Shown: positions 1-9,258 of the stretch, one piece after another
Layout: every line of letters begins with the position of its first letter
Position numbering within the stretch: position 1 is the first letter of the stretch
Origin: a virus
Reading direction: 5' to 3' (one strand)
IMG/VR virus record: IMGVR_UViG_3300046115_000069
Location: 1-52,244 of that record
Length of the DNA: 52,244 bases
Translations under genes and position numbers: made by a program
Notes under the pieces: model-generated
Told to the model about the DNA's origin: nothing
Databases searched by the model: none
The model's input: the letters and a program-made list of their open reading frames with translations, nothing else

Positions 1-127
1 GACCTCCTCGTCCGGGTAGCTCATGAGGCGGACCGTGAGCTCGACGTCATCCGGCAGGTTGTCCTGTAGGAGCTGCACGCCTTTGATCCGCTGGAAGCTC
101 TTGGCAATAGTGCCTTCGAGCTGCTGG
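1..127. repeat. Terminal overlap copy A, identical to 52118-52244 (circular closure or terminal redundancy)
   Basis: The first 127 nt (gacctcctcgtccgggtagc...cgagctgctgg) recur exactly as the last 127 nt of the window. Confidence 0.97.
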
Positions 128-207
128 GTTTCGTCGGCCTTGAAGACACCGAGACCGTCGATCACCCTGTCAGACTTGCTTGTGACCTCATAGGTCAGGT
201 CCAGCAT
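1..207 (-). CDS. Small hypothetical late protein (about 69-71 aa), split by the linearisation point
   Basis: ATG at 207 lies 6 nt after GGAGG; ATG at 213 is an alternative. The ORF runs off base 1 and its 3' end plus TAG stop are visible in the duplicated copy at 52115-52244. Confidence 0.6.
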   Translation of the reverse strand, partial: MLDLTYEVTSKSDRVIDGLGVFKADETQQLEGTIAKSFQRIKGVQLLQDNLPDDVELTVRLMSYPDEEV

Positions 208-217
208 CTTCATCCTC

Positions 218-706
218 CTATTGTGCCTGCGTGAGACGAAGCTTGCTTCGTCCTCTCCAAGTCAAACGTGCCGAACGGTACAGAGCATTTCCGAACTGCT
301 TGTACCCTGACTCATTACGAAGCACGTAACCGTAGATGACGAGTGCATTGCCGTCAACGTCAAGCAACTGCCTGTGGTTCACGTTCAGGTACTCTTCGAC
401 AGCCTCAGACAGCTGGTCTGTCTTCAAGCGCACCTCATCAGCTCCGAGGTTCGCATCCGTGTAGTATATCAGAATGAGAACCTCAAGGCTGATCTCTGTC
501 ATGTCCGTCATCGTCGGCGGCCAATCGCGTTCCTTCGTCCCCGCCTCTACACAAATCCAGGGCGCATCAGGAACCTTGACTTGGTCACCATACGACACAC
601 CTTTGACTGGCGGGTCGAAGAAGGCGGTGTCGTTGACAAACGCCGTCAACAGCTGCTGAATTCGAACTGCCACCTTTGAGTTGCGCGCGGTTAGCACCTG
701 AGCCAT
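218..706 (-). CDS. Head-tail joining / tail-terminator-position protein (hypothetical, 162 aa)
   Basis: ATG shares the A of the upstream TGA (TGATG at 704-708). Lies between the gpG-like connector and the tail tube genes. No motif recognised. Confidence 0.6.
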   Translation of the reverse strand: MAQVLTARNSKVAVRIQQLLTAFVNDTAFFDPPVKGVSYGDQVKVPDAPWICVEAGTKERDWPPTMTDMTEISLEVLILIYYTDANLGADEVRLKTDQLSEAVEEYLNVNHRQLLDVDGNALVIYGYVLRNESGYKQFGNALYRSARLTWRGRSKLRLTQAQ

Positions 707-1389
707 CAGCCAGACCCCCACCACTTGTCAACACGTTCCTCAAGCCAGTCGAAGAAGACCTCTTGAATGGCGTACTCATCCTCTTCGTGGAACATAATGA
801 ACGGTCGTGCAGGGATAGCGGCAACGCCACGCTTATCTCCACCAGCTTCGTCCATACTGTCATAAGCTTCGCCTACGACATCTCGGCCACGAGCTCCTTC
901 GCCAAGCTTCTTCCGCGCAGCCGTAAGTCGATTGCCAAAGCCACCAATGCCTGCTTGGTGAATTGCACCGTACCAAACACTACCAGGCAAGCTTGTGATG
1001 ACCGCACCATTCTGACTGATCGTCCAAATGCCTCGAGAGGTCGCAACCTTCTTCAGTTTACCGGAGCGAAAGAGGATCGGATGGTCACGACCCTTACGAC
1101 GCTCGACGGTGAAGGGTGCCAACTCTTCCCAAGCAGGACGCCCTTCTGATGCGAAGTTCATCTTAAAGCTAGGAATCATAACCTGCACAACGGCGCGTGT
1201 CAATGGTTCCTTAAAGGACCGAATGTCCATCCCCAACTTATCGATGCGACTAGCAATCATGCCGATCGAGGGGTGGAACTCAAAGTCAACACCGGTCAGA
1301 TTGCGCGCAAAGACCAACCCACCTAGGGCTGAGTTGATGTCGCGAGTGCGCGGCCTAGCCCCTCCCGAAGACCTTGTGGGGCGTGCCAC
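706..1389 (-). CDS. Mu gpG-like virion morphogenesis / head-tail completion protein
   Basis: GTG start overlaps the upstream TAG (TAGTG). Motifs WYGAIHQAGIGG and IPARPFIMF resemble the phage virion morphogenesis (Mu G) family. Confidence 0.7.
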   Translation of the reverse strand: MARPTRSSGGARPRTRDINSALGGLVFARNLTGVDFEFHPSIGMIASRIDKLGMDIRSFKEPLTRAVVQVMIPSFKMNFASEGRPAWEELAPFTVERRKGRDHPILFRSGKLKKVATSRGIWTISQNGAVITSLPGSVWYGAIHQAGIGGFGNRLTAARKKLGEGARGRDVVGEAYDSMDEAGGDKRGVAAIPARPFIMFHEEDEYAIQEVFFDWLEERVDKWWGSG

Positions 1390-1844
1390 TAGAATGCCTT
1401 GCCCATGCTGAAGTGGGCATCACCTAGCGAGGAGTCGGCACTCGTTGGGCTCTGCCCCGAGGAAGCATCGTTGGGGTAGAAGCTTGGCTGACCAGAGCCA
1501 GTGTCGGACGGCAATGCGTCCGGAAGATTGATTGTACCATCGATAATGCCGACGATGAGCATCTCAGCGTTCGCCTGAAGCGCGCGAGCGTACTCGGGAA
1601 CCGTCTCTTCATCTTCGCTGTAGGCCTTGGCGTAGAGCCACGCCACGTACATCTTCGCAATGGCAGTGCGAACGAGACTCGGTGTGGCAGTAACGTCTAC
1701 CCAAAGGCTTACGTCGTACGAGGACGAGATCCTAGCAAGGACTTCGCCTTCGATCTGGTCGCAGAGGTCAGTGTCGATATCGCCAACACTGAACTTGGAA
1801 GTACGGACCCAGCCCTTTGCATTCTGTACAGTGATCCTAGACAT
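1389..1844 (-). CDS. Head-tail connector/adaptor-like protein
   Basis: GGAGGG RBS 7 nt upstream of ATG 1844 (in-frame GTG at 1850 is an alternative). Sits after the capsid genes. N-terminal region looks gp6-like by eye. Confidence 0.6.
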   Translation of the reverse strand: MSRITVQNAKGWVRTSKFSVGDIDTDLCDQIEGEVLARISSSYDVSLWVDVTATPSLVRTAIAKMYVAWLYAKAYSEDEETVPEYARALQANAEMLIVGIIDGTINLPDALPSDTGSGQPSFYPNDASSGQSPTSADSSLGDAHFSMGKAF

Positions 1845-1941
1845 CTTCACTCCCTCCGTGAAGTAGTCCTCGGGGCGGATCCCTCACCGTCCTAGAACCG
1901 GTGCTCGTCATAGGGATCCGCCCCGCGGGTGACCGAAGACG

Positions 1942-2157
1942 TCAGACGCCGGTGCCCTCGTCGTCGTTGTCTTCTTCGGTGTCGTCTTCGAACGGGTTCT
2001 TCATGGCTTCATCGGTCACGAGGGCGGTCCCAGCAACGCCGCCTTTGGCAACGTTGCCGTCGTCGTCGTACCGACCCCGCCAGACCTCGGGCTCGCCGGA
2101 GTCCGCAGGACGGTTCTCGTCCTCGTCAGCCAGCGGGTTCCGACTCTCGTCCGTCAT
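1942..2157 (-). CDS. Small highly acidic protein (71 aa)
   Basis: AAGGAGGA RBS 5 nt upstream of ATG 2157. Overlaps the previous ORF by 32 nt. D/E-rich. Confidence 0.5.
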   Translation of the reverse strand: MTDESRNPLADEDENRPADSGEPEVWRGRYDDDGNVAKGGVAGTALVTDEAMKNPFEDDTEEDNDDEGTGV

Positions 2158-2356
2158 CCGCGTCCTCCTTGTCCTGCTTCTCGACCTCGACAACGTCGAC
2201 CTCGCGGATCGAGCCGCTGTCCCAGAGCTCGCGCATCTCTTCCTTGGTCAGGCCCTTGACGACCGAACCGGACTCGAAGAGGAAGCGCTCGACGTCGCCA
2301 TCACCATTCACCCGGCCGCCGTCGATCTTGGTAACGGCCACGTATGCCTTTGCCAT
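2126..2356 (-). CDS. Small acidic protein downstream of the major capsid gene (76 aa)
   Basis: GAGGAGG RBS 6 nt upstream of ATG 2356, immediately after the capsid stop codon. Confidence 0.6.
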   Translation of the reverse strand: MAKAYVAVTKIDGGRVNGDGDVERFLFESGSVVKGLTKEEMRELWDSGSIREVDVVEVEKQDKEDADDGRESEPAG

Positions 2357-2367
2357 GTTCAGCCTCC

Positions 2368-3336
2368 TCAGGCAACCGCTGCTTTGATCACGTAGCCTGC
2401 GACGGACTTGCCCGCGTCGGCAGTGCCCGCGTCGCCCTGGGCGACCAGCTTGAGGTCGTAGGACCGCTGGCAGCGGATCAGGTCCGACTTCCGCGGCGCC
2501 TCACGCCAGCGGTCGACGTACTGCTGACCCCAGGTGTACTCGTAGCCGAAGGCCGGAACCTTCAGGCCGGGACGACCAGGAACGTAGGCGAAGATGACGT
2601 CCTTGCCCCAAAGGTAGCCGAGCGACGACGCCTGGCCGATGGCTGCGTTGTTGATGCCGGCACCCGGGACGATGATCTCGTCCACACCGATGATCGAGGC
2701 GATCAGTTCCTTGGTGACGATGCCACGCTCGGAGTACTTGATGCGCTCGATGAAGTCCGGGTGGTCCTCCAGGATCGTCATGACCTGGTAGGGGATGATC
2801 GCAACGTTCGGCTCGACGAAGATGCGAGCGTGGATCGCGGCCTTCGCGGCGCGCATGACGCCGATCGGGTCCGAGTTGGTGTAGTCGCTCCACTGTGTCA
2901 CGCCGGCGAGGGTGGTGCTGAGGCCTGCGGCGTAGTTCGCGGCGGTCGTCACCAGGGTCTTCATGGCGACCTCGCGGCCGAGCATGATCTTCGCAGTGAT
3001 GAGCTCCGTCGCGTCCCGGTCGGGGGCCAGCGGGCTGTCGACGTTCCGACGCTCCTCGTCCGTGACCGGTGTCTGGAGGGCGTGCTCCTGGCAGTAGTAG
3101 GCGTCGAGCGACAGCGCGACGCCCGGGACCTCGTTGGCAATGGTGCCGGGCGCACGGAGGTCGTCCTCCGGCTTCCAGGACTCGCGGCCGAAGACGTAGT
3201 ACTTGTCAGACTGCTTCATCACCGTCAGTGACGGGAAGAGCTTCTCACCGACGAAGCCGTTGTTCGGCCAGCCGACGCTGATGTTCGTCAGCACCTTGTC
3301 GATGTGCGCGTTGCCGGACCCAGTGGGTGCATACAT
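2368..3336 (-). CDS. Major capsid protein, lambda gpE-like family
   Basis: 322 aa. The N-terminal pattern FPSLTVMKQSDKYYVFGRESW...DLRAPGTIANEV...YYCQEHAL resembles Phage_cap_E. Follows the scaffold and DUF2190-like genes. Confidence 0.8.
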   Translation of the reverse strand: MYAPTGSGNAHIDKVLTNISVGWPNNGFVGEKLFPSLTVMKQSDKYYVFGRESWKPEDDLRAPGTIANEVPGVALSLDAYYCQEHALQTPVTDEERRNVDSPLAPDRDATELITAKIMLGREVAMKTLVTTAANYAAGLSTTLAGVTQWSDYTNSDPIGVMRAAKAAIHARIFVEPNVAIIPYQVMTILEDHPDFIERIKYSERGIVTKELIASIIGVDEIIVPGAGINNAAIGQASSLGYLWGKDVIFAYVPGRPGLKVPAFGYEYTWGQQYVDRWREAPRKSDLIRCQRSYDLKLVAQGDAGTADAGKSVAGYVIKAAVA

Positions 3337-3359
3337 GTGTTTTTGTCACTCCCCTCTGG

Positions 3360-3764
3360 TTACGGAACGATCCGGCCGGCAGGAACCAGCAGAACGTCGA
3401 TCTGGTCCAGGTCGGCGGCTGCCGCCTGGAGGGCAATGCCAGCCACTCGCGACGTGCTGGCCGCCGTGACGGCCTTGCCAGCCGCCGACGTGCTGACCTC
3501 AGCACCGATAGCGATCGCAGCACCTGCCACCACTCGCGAGATGCCCATGAGGCGAACGCCGACGACCACCTTGCCGAGCGCGACCTTGGCGCGGTCGACA
3601 GCCTCCTGCACAACACCGATCGGCACCTGCGTGATCGCCGAACAGATGTCGATGGTCTGGGACGCTGTGATTCGGACGAAGAAGAACGGTACAACACCAT
3701 TCGCGTTCGACGTGTTGTAGGTGGAGACGGCCGTGTAGCCCTTGTCGAGGACAAAGTTTGACAT
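3360..3764 (-). CDS. DUF2190-like head protein (possible decoration/cement protein)
   Basis: 134 aa, Ala/Val/Gly-rich. Lies between the protease-scaffold and the major capsid gene, as in Mu-like head modules. AGAGGGG RBS. Confidence 0.55.
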   Translation of the reverse strand: MSNFVLDKGYTAVSTYNTSNANGVVPFFFVRITASQTIDICSAITQVPIGVVQEAVDRAKVALGKVVVGVRLMGISRVVAGAAIAIGAEVSTSAAGKAVTAASTSRVAGIALQAAAADLDQIDVLLVPAGRIVP

Positions 3765-3779
3765 GTCAGCTCACCCCTC

Positions 3780-4931
3780 TCACGCGTCGACGGGAATGTA
3801 GACGGCCTTGCGGTACTCGTTGTACATCGCAGGGTTGTCGCGGGTGACCTTCTCGAGCGCGTCCACGTAGGACAGCTTCGAGGTCTCCATCTCCTGAGCG
3901 ACAGCGTCGTTGAACTTCTTCTCAGCGTTCCCGGCACCCTCGTGGCCCTTGTTGGCCAGGGAGTTCGGGTCGGTGCCACCAGTCTCACCGAGCGTGGTCA
4001 CACCACTGCCGTCCGAGATGGACTTGAGGACGGCGAACAGCTTCTCGCTGAACTTGGTCGGCGCCCCTGTCATGAGCGCCATGATCTCGTTGAGCGTGGC
4101 GGCACTGTAGCTGACCTTGGCGTCCTTGGACGCCAACTCGCCCAGCTGGCGCTGGGTCTCAGCCAGACGCGCCCGGTCCTCAGCTGCCTGCAGCAGCTCG
4201 TTCTGCTTCGTCATCTGATCCATGAAGGCCTTGATGACGGGATTGCCTTCGGCCAACTTCGAAAGCTGGTCCAGCTGGGGGTCGGCGGGCAGGGTCCCGA
4301 GCTTCGCAACCTCGGACAGCTTGGTGTCAACCTCAGCGTCCGTAGCAGCCTCGCTCAGACCCAGCTTCCGGCGAAGCTCCTTCGGGTCCACCTGATCTCC
4401 TTTGTCCTGTACCGGGACTACCGGGGAGTCCTTGAAGGACAGCTCCGATAGATTGAGTGGCACGAGGTTCTTCATGTAGGGTCGGTTGGTAATACCGCCG
4501 CCGAACACGACATCCTTGTACTTGTTGCCCTTTGCGTCTTCCCACTCGTCGGCGAGTTCCGAACTGAAGTATCGGAACTCCTTGTCCTTGACGGACTTGT
4601 GTCCTGCAGGAGTCCACTCAACGAGGAGCCAGAGGTCGTTGCCATCGGTACCAGGCCGCGCTTCTGCGGTCTTGACCCAACCCGCCGCCTTGTTACCCAT
4701 GGCGGCGTCCTGCTTGTGGTCGTAGTCGATGTCAGGATCCACCGTACGGTACTTCTTGACAACGCTCGCAACGTACCGATCGATCTTGGGCTCGTCGAAC
4801 TTCAACTCGCCGTAGACCGGATGCTGGTACGTTCCACCAGGGAGGGCGTGCACCCAACTCTGTGGCTCACCGTTCGGGCCCGACAGGAACACGACGTCTT
4901 TCAAGTCCGCGTAGTATGCGACTGTCGTCAA
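3780..4931 (-). CDS. Mu gpI-like head maturation protease fused to a scaffolding domain
   Basis: TTG start 5 nt after GGGAGG. DIDYDHKQD...GWVKT...DLWLLVEWTPAG...FRYFSSEL matches the remembered Mu-like prophage I protein pattern. The C-terminal half is coiled-coil-like. Confidence 0.75.
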   Translation of the reverse strand: MTTVAYYADLKDVVFLSGPNGEPQSWVHALPGGTYQHPVYGELKFDEPKIDRYVASVVKKYRTVDPDIDYDHKQDAAMGNKAAGWVKTAEARPGTDGNDLWLLVEWTPAGHKSVKDKEFRYFSSELADEWEDAKGNKYKDVVFGGGITNRPYMKNLVPLNLSELSFKDSPVVPVQDKGDQVDPKELRRKLGLSEAATDAEVDTKLSEVAKLGTLPADPQLDQLSKLAEGNPVIKAFMDQMTKQNELLQAAEDRARLAETQRQLGELASKDAKVSYSAATLNEIMALMTGAPTKFSEKLFAVLKSISDGSGVTTLGETGGTDPNSLANKGHEGAGNAEKKFNDAVAQEMETSKLSYVDALEKVTRDNPAMYNEYRKAVYIPVDA

Positions 4932-4957
4932 TGTGTCCTCCCTGGTCGGTTACCTTT

Positions 4958-4986
4958 ATTATACTGTAGTCCAAAAGCTAAAGCAC
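4958..4986 (-). promoter_or_regulatory. Candidate internal late promoter, GTGCTT-N17-TATAAT
   Basis: Minus strand reads ggacgTAGTGCTTtagcttttggactacagTATAAT, between the 5002 gene stop and the scaffold start. Same architecture as the sites at 9597-9625 and 24207-24235. Confidence 0.5.
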
Positions 4987-5001
4987 TACGTCCCATTTGG
5001 A

Positions 5002-5379
5002 CTATCTGGTAGCGAGATAGGCAGTCAAAACTAGGCCCAGCACACCAACAACGGCGCCAACGATCAACGTCGTTTGCGTTATGGGCCTTGCCCGCGTGTC
5101 GCTAGCATCACGTCGCTGATCGTCAGCGACCTTCAACGCAGCAGCAGTCTCCTTGACCGTCTTTTCTCGAGAGTCGCCAAGGTCGGCGAGGCGCTGTACT
5201 GCAAGAGTCAACACAGTTAGCTCCGCGCCAAACGTAGTGCCCTGACGCGCCAAGATCTCACTCATTTTGTCAAGCGACCCGTTCATCCGTACGAAGTGAT
5301 TCTCGTGCCGAGCCAACGCGGACGCCACTTCACCATCCAAACGCCCACGATTGTACGCTTCTTCTTGGGGCTGCGTCAT
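5002..5379 (-). CDS. C-terminally membrane-anchored coiled-coil protein (125 aa)
   Basis: GAGGAGG RBS upstream of ATG 5379. C-terminal hydrophobic stretch TTLIVGAVVGVLGLVLTAYLA. Lies between portal and protease. Confidence 0.6.
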   Translation of the reverse strand: MTQPQEEAYNRGRLDGEVASALARHENHFVRMNGSLDKMSEILARQGTTFGAELTVLTLAVQRLADLGDSREKTVKETAAALKVADDQRRDASDTRARPITQTTLIVGAVVGVLGLVLTAYLATR

Positions 5380-5438
5380 ATCACCTCCTCGGATGTAAAC
5401 GGCACCCCTTGCCACCATCGTCCCTACAGTAGACGCAC

Positions 5439-7052
5439 TCAGCCTCCGGAACGGTCGACTCCTGTGTTGCTTCGTCCGGATCCCTTTGGTGGAAGGTTTT
5501 GCTGTCGGCCTCCGCCTCGCTTGTTCTTGGCGTCACCCTTTCCACCATTCTTCGGATCGTTGGGGTCATCGATGGGGTCTCCATTCTCGTCCACCTCCGG
5601 TGGATCACCTGCGGCGGTAACCTGTCGCCGTGCCGTGGCGAAGTCCTTCGGAGGCATGTCAAGTTCCTCACGGAAGGTCTCCTCGAGCACGTCGTCAGGT
5701 TCGATGACGCCAGCACCAACCAGGTTGCGCACGGTGAAGGACTGCGTCCGCAGGTCCTCCCATTCACCAATACGGCGACAGGTCAACTCGGGGTATTCGC
5801 GGTCGGGCCCCATAGTGAAGTTCTTGTCCACCATCTCACGAATCACGTATCGGTTCATGATGTCTGTGATGCAGGCTGCCACGTAGCGAGTCGACTTCAT
5901 GAACATGTCGAGGGAGTCACTCTTCGCAGAGGTCTCCTTGATCCAAGCACCCAACACGTTCGCCATGATGGCCATGTCATGGTGCTCGATCGACTTCATA
6001 CAGTCGACCATCTGACCTTCCACCTTGGCGAAGAGCAACTCCCACATCGGCGGTAGGACGACATGGGCTCGCTCGTTGGTTCGCAGGTTGCGTCCGAGCT
6101 CGTCGGCACGATCCTTGTCGTCCTTCGTCCAACCCATGGGCAGCTTGATGACCGGAATGCCGATGCCGTGCCGTTCCTTCTGAATGCCGTCGATCTTGTA
6201 CAGGGTGTCCTTGTAGAACCAGTGCTTGTAGACGCTTCTCAGGACTGAAATGCCAGTTAGGTCTCCCGCCTCACCCTCGAGGTTGAAGATGACCAGCTTA
6301 GCGATCGGGATGGTGACGGGCTTCTGGGTCGGATTGTCAATCGACCCTTCCATCTCGATAGAGTCAGGACCGCCGTGGGCGTCGTAGTTGAACTCGCAAA
6401 CATCCAAGGGGTGCCGAGGCGCCAACTTGCGAAGCTTCTGAACGAACTTCCCACCGACAAGCTGCGGCGGGTTCCAAACCTTCTCGAAGGGCATGTAGCC
6501 ATACTCGGCACATAGCAGCACGTCATTGAGGAGGTTGAACCAAGAAACGTTCAGTTCCTTGAACAGGTTGTTCTGAACAAACTTGGCAATCTTCTTGTCC
6601 CTCGACGTGTTGCTCCCAGGCTTCATGAACCAGTGCGCGGCCAGCAGTGGCGTCTTCAGGGCACGCAGCGAGCCTCGAACGATGCCATCATTCCGCTTCA
6701 TGCGGTAGAAGGTCGTAAGTCCCTCACGCCCCCGAAGCTCAGCCACCCACTCCTCGCGGGTGTACGAGGTCCAAGGGCTTGGCGACGCCGAACCAATCTC
6801 TCGCAGGTCCTGAGAGGTCGTAGCGAGAAGGGCATGGCCCTTGGCACTGGTCTTCGCCTTGTCGGTCATGATGATGTAGCCGTGCTCGGCATTGGCGTCC
6901 ACGAACTCGTAGTTCGACAACACCTCAGCCATCACGATCCCACGGGCCGCAAGCTCCTGCGTAAGCTCAACGCTTCCAGCATCCTCATTGGCATCAATGG
7001 CTCCGTGTGCCGGCAACACCTCCACACGGCCATTGGAATCTGTGGCAGTCAC
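5439..7052 (-). CDS. Portal protein
   Basis: 537 aa, GTG start, immediately downstream of TerL and upstream of the protease/scaffold. Charged, Gly-rich C-terminal tail. The family assignment (Mu gp29/DUF935-like) is only a guess. Confidence 0.75.
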   Translation of the reverse strand: MTATDSNGRVEVLPAHGAIDANEDAGSVELTQELAARGIVMAEVLSNYEFVDANAEHGYIIMTDKAKTSAKGHALLATTSQDLREIGSASPSPWTSYTREEWVAELRGREGLTTFYRMKRNDGIVRGSLRALKTPLLAAHWFMKPGSNTSRDKKIAKFVQNNLFKELNVSWFNLLNDVLLCAEYGYMPFEKVWNPPQLVGGKFVQKLRKLAPRHPLDVCEFNYDAHGGPDSIEMEGSIDNPTQKPVTIPIAKLVIFNLEGEAGDLTGISVLRSVYKHWFYKDTLYKIDGIQKERHGIGIPVIKLPMGWTKDDKDRADELGRNLRTNERAHVVLPPMWELLFAKVEGQMVDCMKSIEHHDMAIMANVLGAWIKETSAKSDSLDMFMKSTRYVAACITDIMNRYVIREMVDKNFTMGPDREYPELTCRRIGEWEDLRTQSFTVRNLVGAGVIEPDDVLEETFREELDMPPKDFATARRQVTAAGDPPEVDENGDPIDDPNDPKNGGKGDAKNKRGGGRQQNLPPKGSGRSNTGVDRSGG

Positions 7053-7060
7053 TGGGCCCC

Positions 7061-8575
7061 TTAGAATGACTTGTCGAGTTGACCTAGCTGGAAAAAGCCG
7101 CCAGCAGGGAGGGAACGGTCTGCAAATTCACTGGCCCTGTACACATCCGCCAGGTGGCTGTTGGCGCCGAGCTTGAATACGTGCATGAGTCCGTAGCGTA
7201 GGGCATCGAGAGCGTGATCAGCCCAAGGCTGGGCTGCCTCTCTTACGTTGGTCTCCGCACGTCCCGTGTCTGGGCTGCGGTAGTTGTTGAATTCGGAGAT
7301 AAGGTCCTTGCAGGAGTGGTCAACAAACAGGCCAGGCTCCCGTAGGCTGTCAGCGTGCGACAGATCGAGTCGCGTAACCATTTCGGTAAGGTCAGCATTG
7401 TCCGACGGCTCTCGAATCTTCAGGAAGGCGTTCATGAGGTCGACACCCTCTTGCCAACCACTCTGCGCCTTGGCACCCTTACCCTCAATCGTCCCGCTCT
7501 TCGCCTTGGGGTCCGAGATGCACATATGGAAGTCACGACTTACTTCGGCGGTCGCGCCCGGGCTTGCTGCGTCACCGAAACACAGGTCAACGTGGTACCC
7601 ATCAGGGTTCGGGGTCTGCTTCATCATGTTGAGAAAGTCCCCCAACATCATGTAGCTCTTGTACCACATACGCCAAACATAGACCCTGTCGAACGGGTCT
7701 ACCTGGAACTCGACCGCCGCCATAGGGTTCGTGTAACCCCAGTCGAAAGCAATGTAGTTGCGCCAGGCAGGGTTGAAAACGTGCTTTCTTACATGGATGC
7801 TTTCCCGGAACGCTCCGTAGATCTTACCCACGAAGGCCGTGAAGTCGGCCGCGATCTCCTGCATGAACCACTCAGGCGCGGTGGTCCGCTCGATAAGCTT
7901 GATCTCGTCGTCGTCCCGACCATCAGGGTAAACATACGGGTTTTCCCACGACGGAAACTGCCACGAGTCGTGCTGCTTGTCGTCAGGGTCCTGCCCCCTT
8001 TGCCACAACTTGTAGAACCAGTTCTGGCCCTCAGGAGTGGTAGGGAAGTCTGCAGTTCCTCGTCTGTCTGCAAGCGCAGCACGGATGTATCGCTCAAAGG
8101 TGTCCTTCTTGTGCTTGGCTGCCTCACTCATGATCACATGGTCAAGGCTCTCGCCGACAAGGTTCTCTGGGTGGTCCGCGGAGCGACACTCGAGGCGGGT
8201 CTGCCAGGGAAACTCAATGTACATCGTGCCTTGCTTCTTGTTATACGCCCTCTTGACCCTACGGTCGCCACCGAATTTGAGGTCGATGATCATGGTGTCC
8301 CAGATCACTCGGAACTCTTTTTCGGCAAGATCGTACGTTGGTCCTACAATCCATTGGCGCTGCTTCGGCAACATAAGCTTGGGCTGCACGTCCATGCCAG
8401 CCATGCGACTCTTACCAAAGCGTCGTCCGCAGCAAGGCAAACGCAACCTTGCGTTTGAGTTGTGGAACAGCCACTGCTTGGGGTGCGGCTCATGCCCCAC
8501 CAACTTAAAGTACTTCGCCTTGTCGATTACCTTGTAGGACCCGCCGACTCCCTCGGTAGGCGAGTTCTTAGTCAT
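7061..8575 (-). CDS. terL: Terminase large subunit
   Basis: Walker A GRRFGKS, Walker B-like LDHVIMSEA. The nuclease half carries AFDWGYTNP, CFGDAA and the typical C-terminal ADHALDALRYGL. Confidence 0.9.
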   Translation of the reverse strand: MTKNSPTEGVGGSYKVIDKAKYFKLVGHEPHPKQWLFHNSNARLRLPCCGRRFGKSRMAGMDVQPKLMLPKQRQWIVGPTYDLAEKEFRVIWDTMIIDLKFGGDRRVKRAYNKKQGTMYIEFPWQTRLECRSADHPENLVGESLDHVIMSEAAKHKKDTFERYIRAALADRRGTADFPTTPEGQNWFYKLWQRGQDPDDKQHDSWQFPSWENPYVYPDGRDDDEIKLIERTTAPEWFMQEIAADFTAFVGKIYGAFRESIHVRKHVFNPAWRNYIAFDWGYTNPMAAVEFQVDPFDRVYVWRMWYKSYMMLGDFLNMMKQTPNPDGYHVDLCFGDAASPGATAEVSRDFHMCISDPKAKSGTIEGKGAKAQSGWQEGVDLMNAFLKIREPSDNADLTEMVTRLDLSHADSLREPGLFVDHSCKDLISEFNNYRSPDTGRAETNVREAAQPWADHALDALRYGLMHVFKLGANSHLADVYRASEFADRSLPAGGFFQLGQLDKSF

Positions 8576-8584
8576 AGCGTTCCC

Positions 8585-8971
8585 TTACAGCTGAAAGCCA
8601 GTAGCGACAACGGCGGCGTTGGTGTTACCAGCCCCCAAGCTGGGGCACGACACCACAATTGCTGTGTTAACAGCGCTCGCCGGAATCGGCTTCGAGAACA
8701 CCACCACTAGTGGCGCCAGCGCTGCTGTTACCCCCGCAGGCACGGCTACTGCAAAGGTCATAGTACCCCCGGAGGTACCAGTCACCGCCAACAGCACCAC
8801 ACTCGCAGCGGTGGCCCCAGCACCAGTCAACACAAACCCGGTAATGTAGGTGGTCTTACCTGCAACGCCGGCCAGAGTTGCTGCCGCTACTGCAGCGGCA
8901 ACGTTGCCACTACTTGCGGCAATGTCAGCAGTGGCAGCCACTGCCTGCTTGAGTTTGGTCGTGGCGCCCAT
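8585..8971 (-). CDS. Ala/Gly/Val/Thr-rich hypothetical protein (128 aa)
   Basis: ATG shares the A of the upstream TGA (coupled). No motif recognised. Lies just upstream of terL. Confidence 0.55.
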   Translation of the reverse strand: MGATTKLKQAVAATADIAASSGNVAAAVAAATLAGVAGKTTYITGFVLTGAGATAASVVLLAVTGTSGGTMTFAVAVPAGVTAALAPLVVVFSKPIPASAVNTAIVVSCPSLGAGNTNAAVVATGFQL

Positions 8972-9201
8972 CAGTGGCCGGTCCGAAAATAGAACACACC
9001 GGTCTGCTTCGCGTGGGTTGTTGCCACCGGAACGTTCGTGATTACGAACCGCTTACCACCACGCCAGATCACAATGTCTGCCTGCGTCGCGCTATCGCGG
9101 TTAGTGATGTAGCCAGACCACGACCGCCCGCCACCGTTACGGTAGATCACGTTCCGTCGCCCCTGCTTCTTCAACACCGTCGGAATCGGCTTCTGCGCCA
9201 T
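8971..9201 (-). CDS. Hypothetical basic protein (76 aa)
   Basis: GGAGGGG RBS upstream of ATG 9201. Translationally coupled to the next gene. Confidence 0.55.
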   Translation of the reverse strand: MAQKPIPTVLKKQGRRNVIYRNGGGRSWSGYITNRDSATQADIVIWRGGKRFVITNVPVATTHAKQTGVFYFRTGH

Positions 9202-9258
9202 CGCCCCTCCTAAAAGATCTTGCGCTTACCACCTGAACAGAGCTCCACACGGCCGGGA

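Noticed and set aside
1-127. The 127-nt end repeat read as a biological direct terminal repeat.
   Set aside because: The repeat cuts through a coding sequence, and its length equals a common assembler k-mer. It is treated as a circular-closure artefact until read-end data say otherwise.
3780-7052. The Mu-like head genes (gpI-like protease/scaffold, gpG-like protein, possibly a Mu-type portal) read as evidence for a transposable Mu-like phage.
   Set aside because: No transposase (MuA/MuB-like) or Mu-type end repeats are present. The tail is siphovirus-type and the replication genes are PolA/primase-based. Only the head module is Mu-like, which is ordinary mosaicism.
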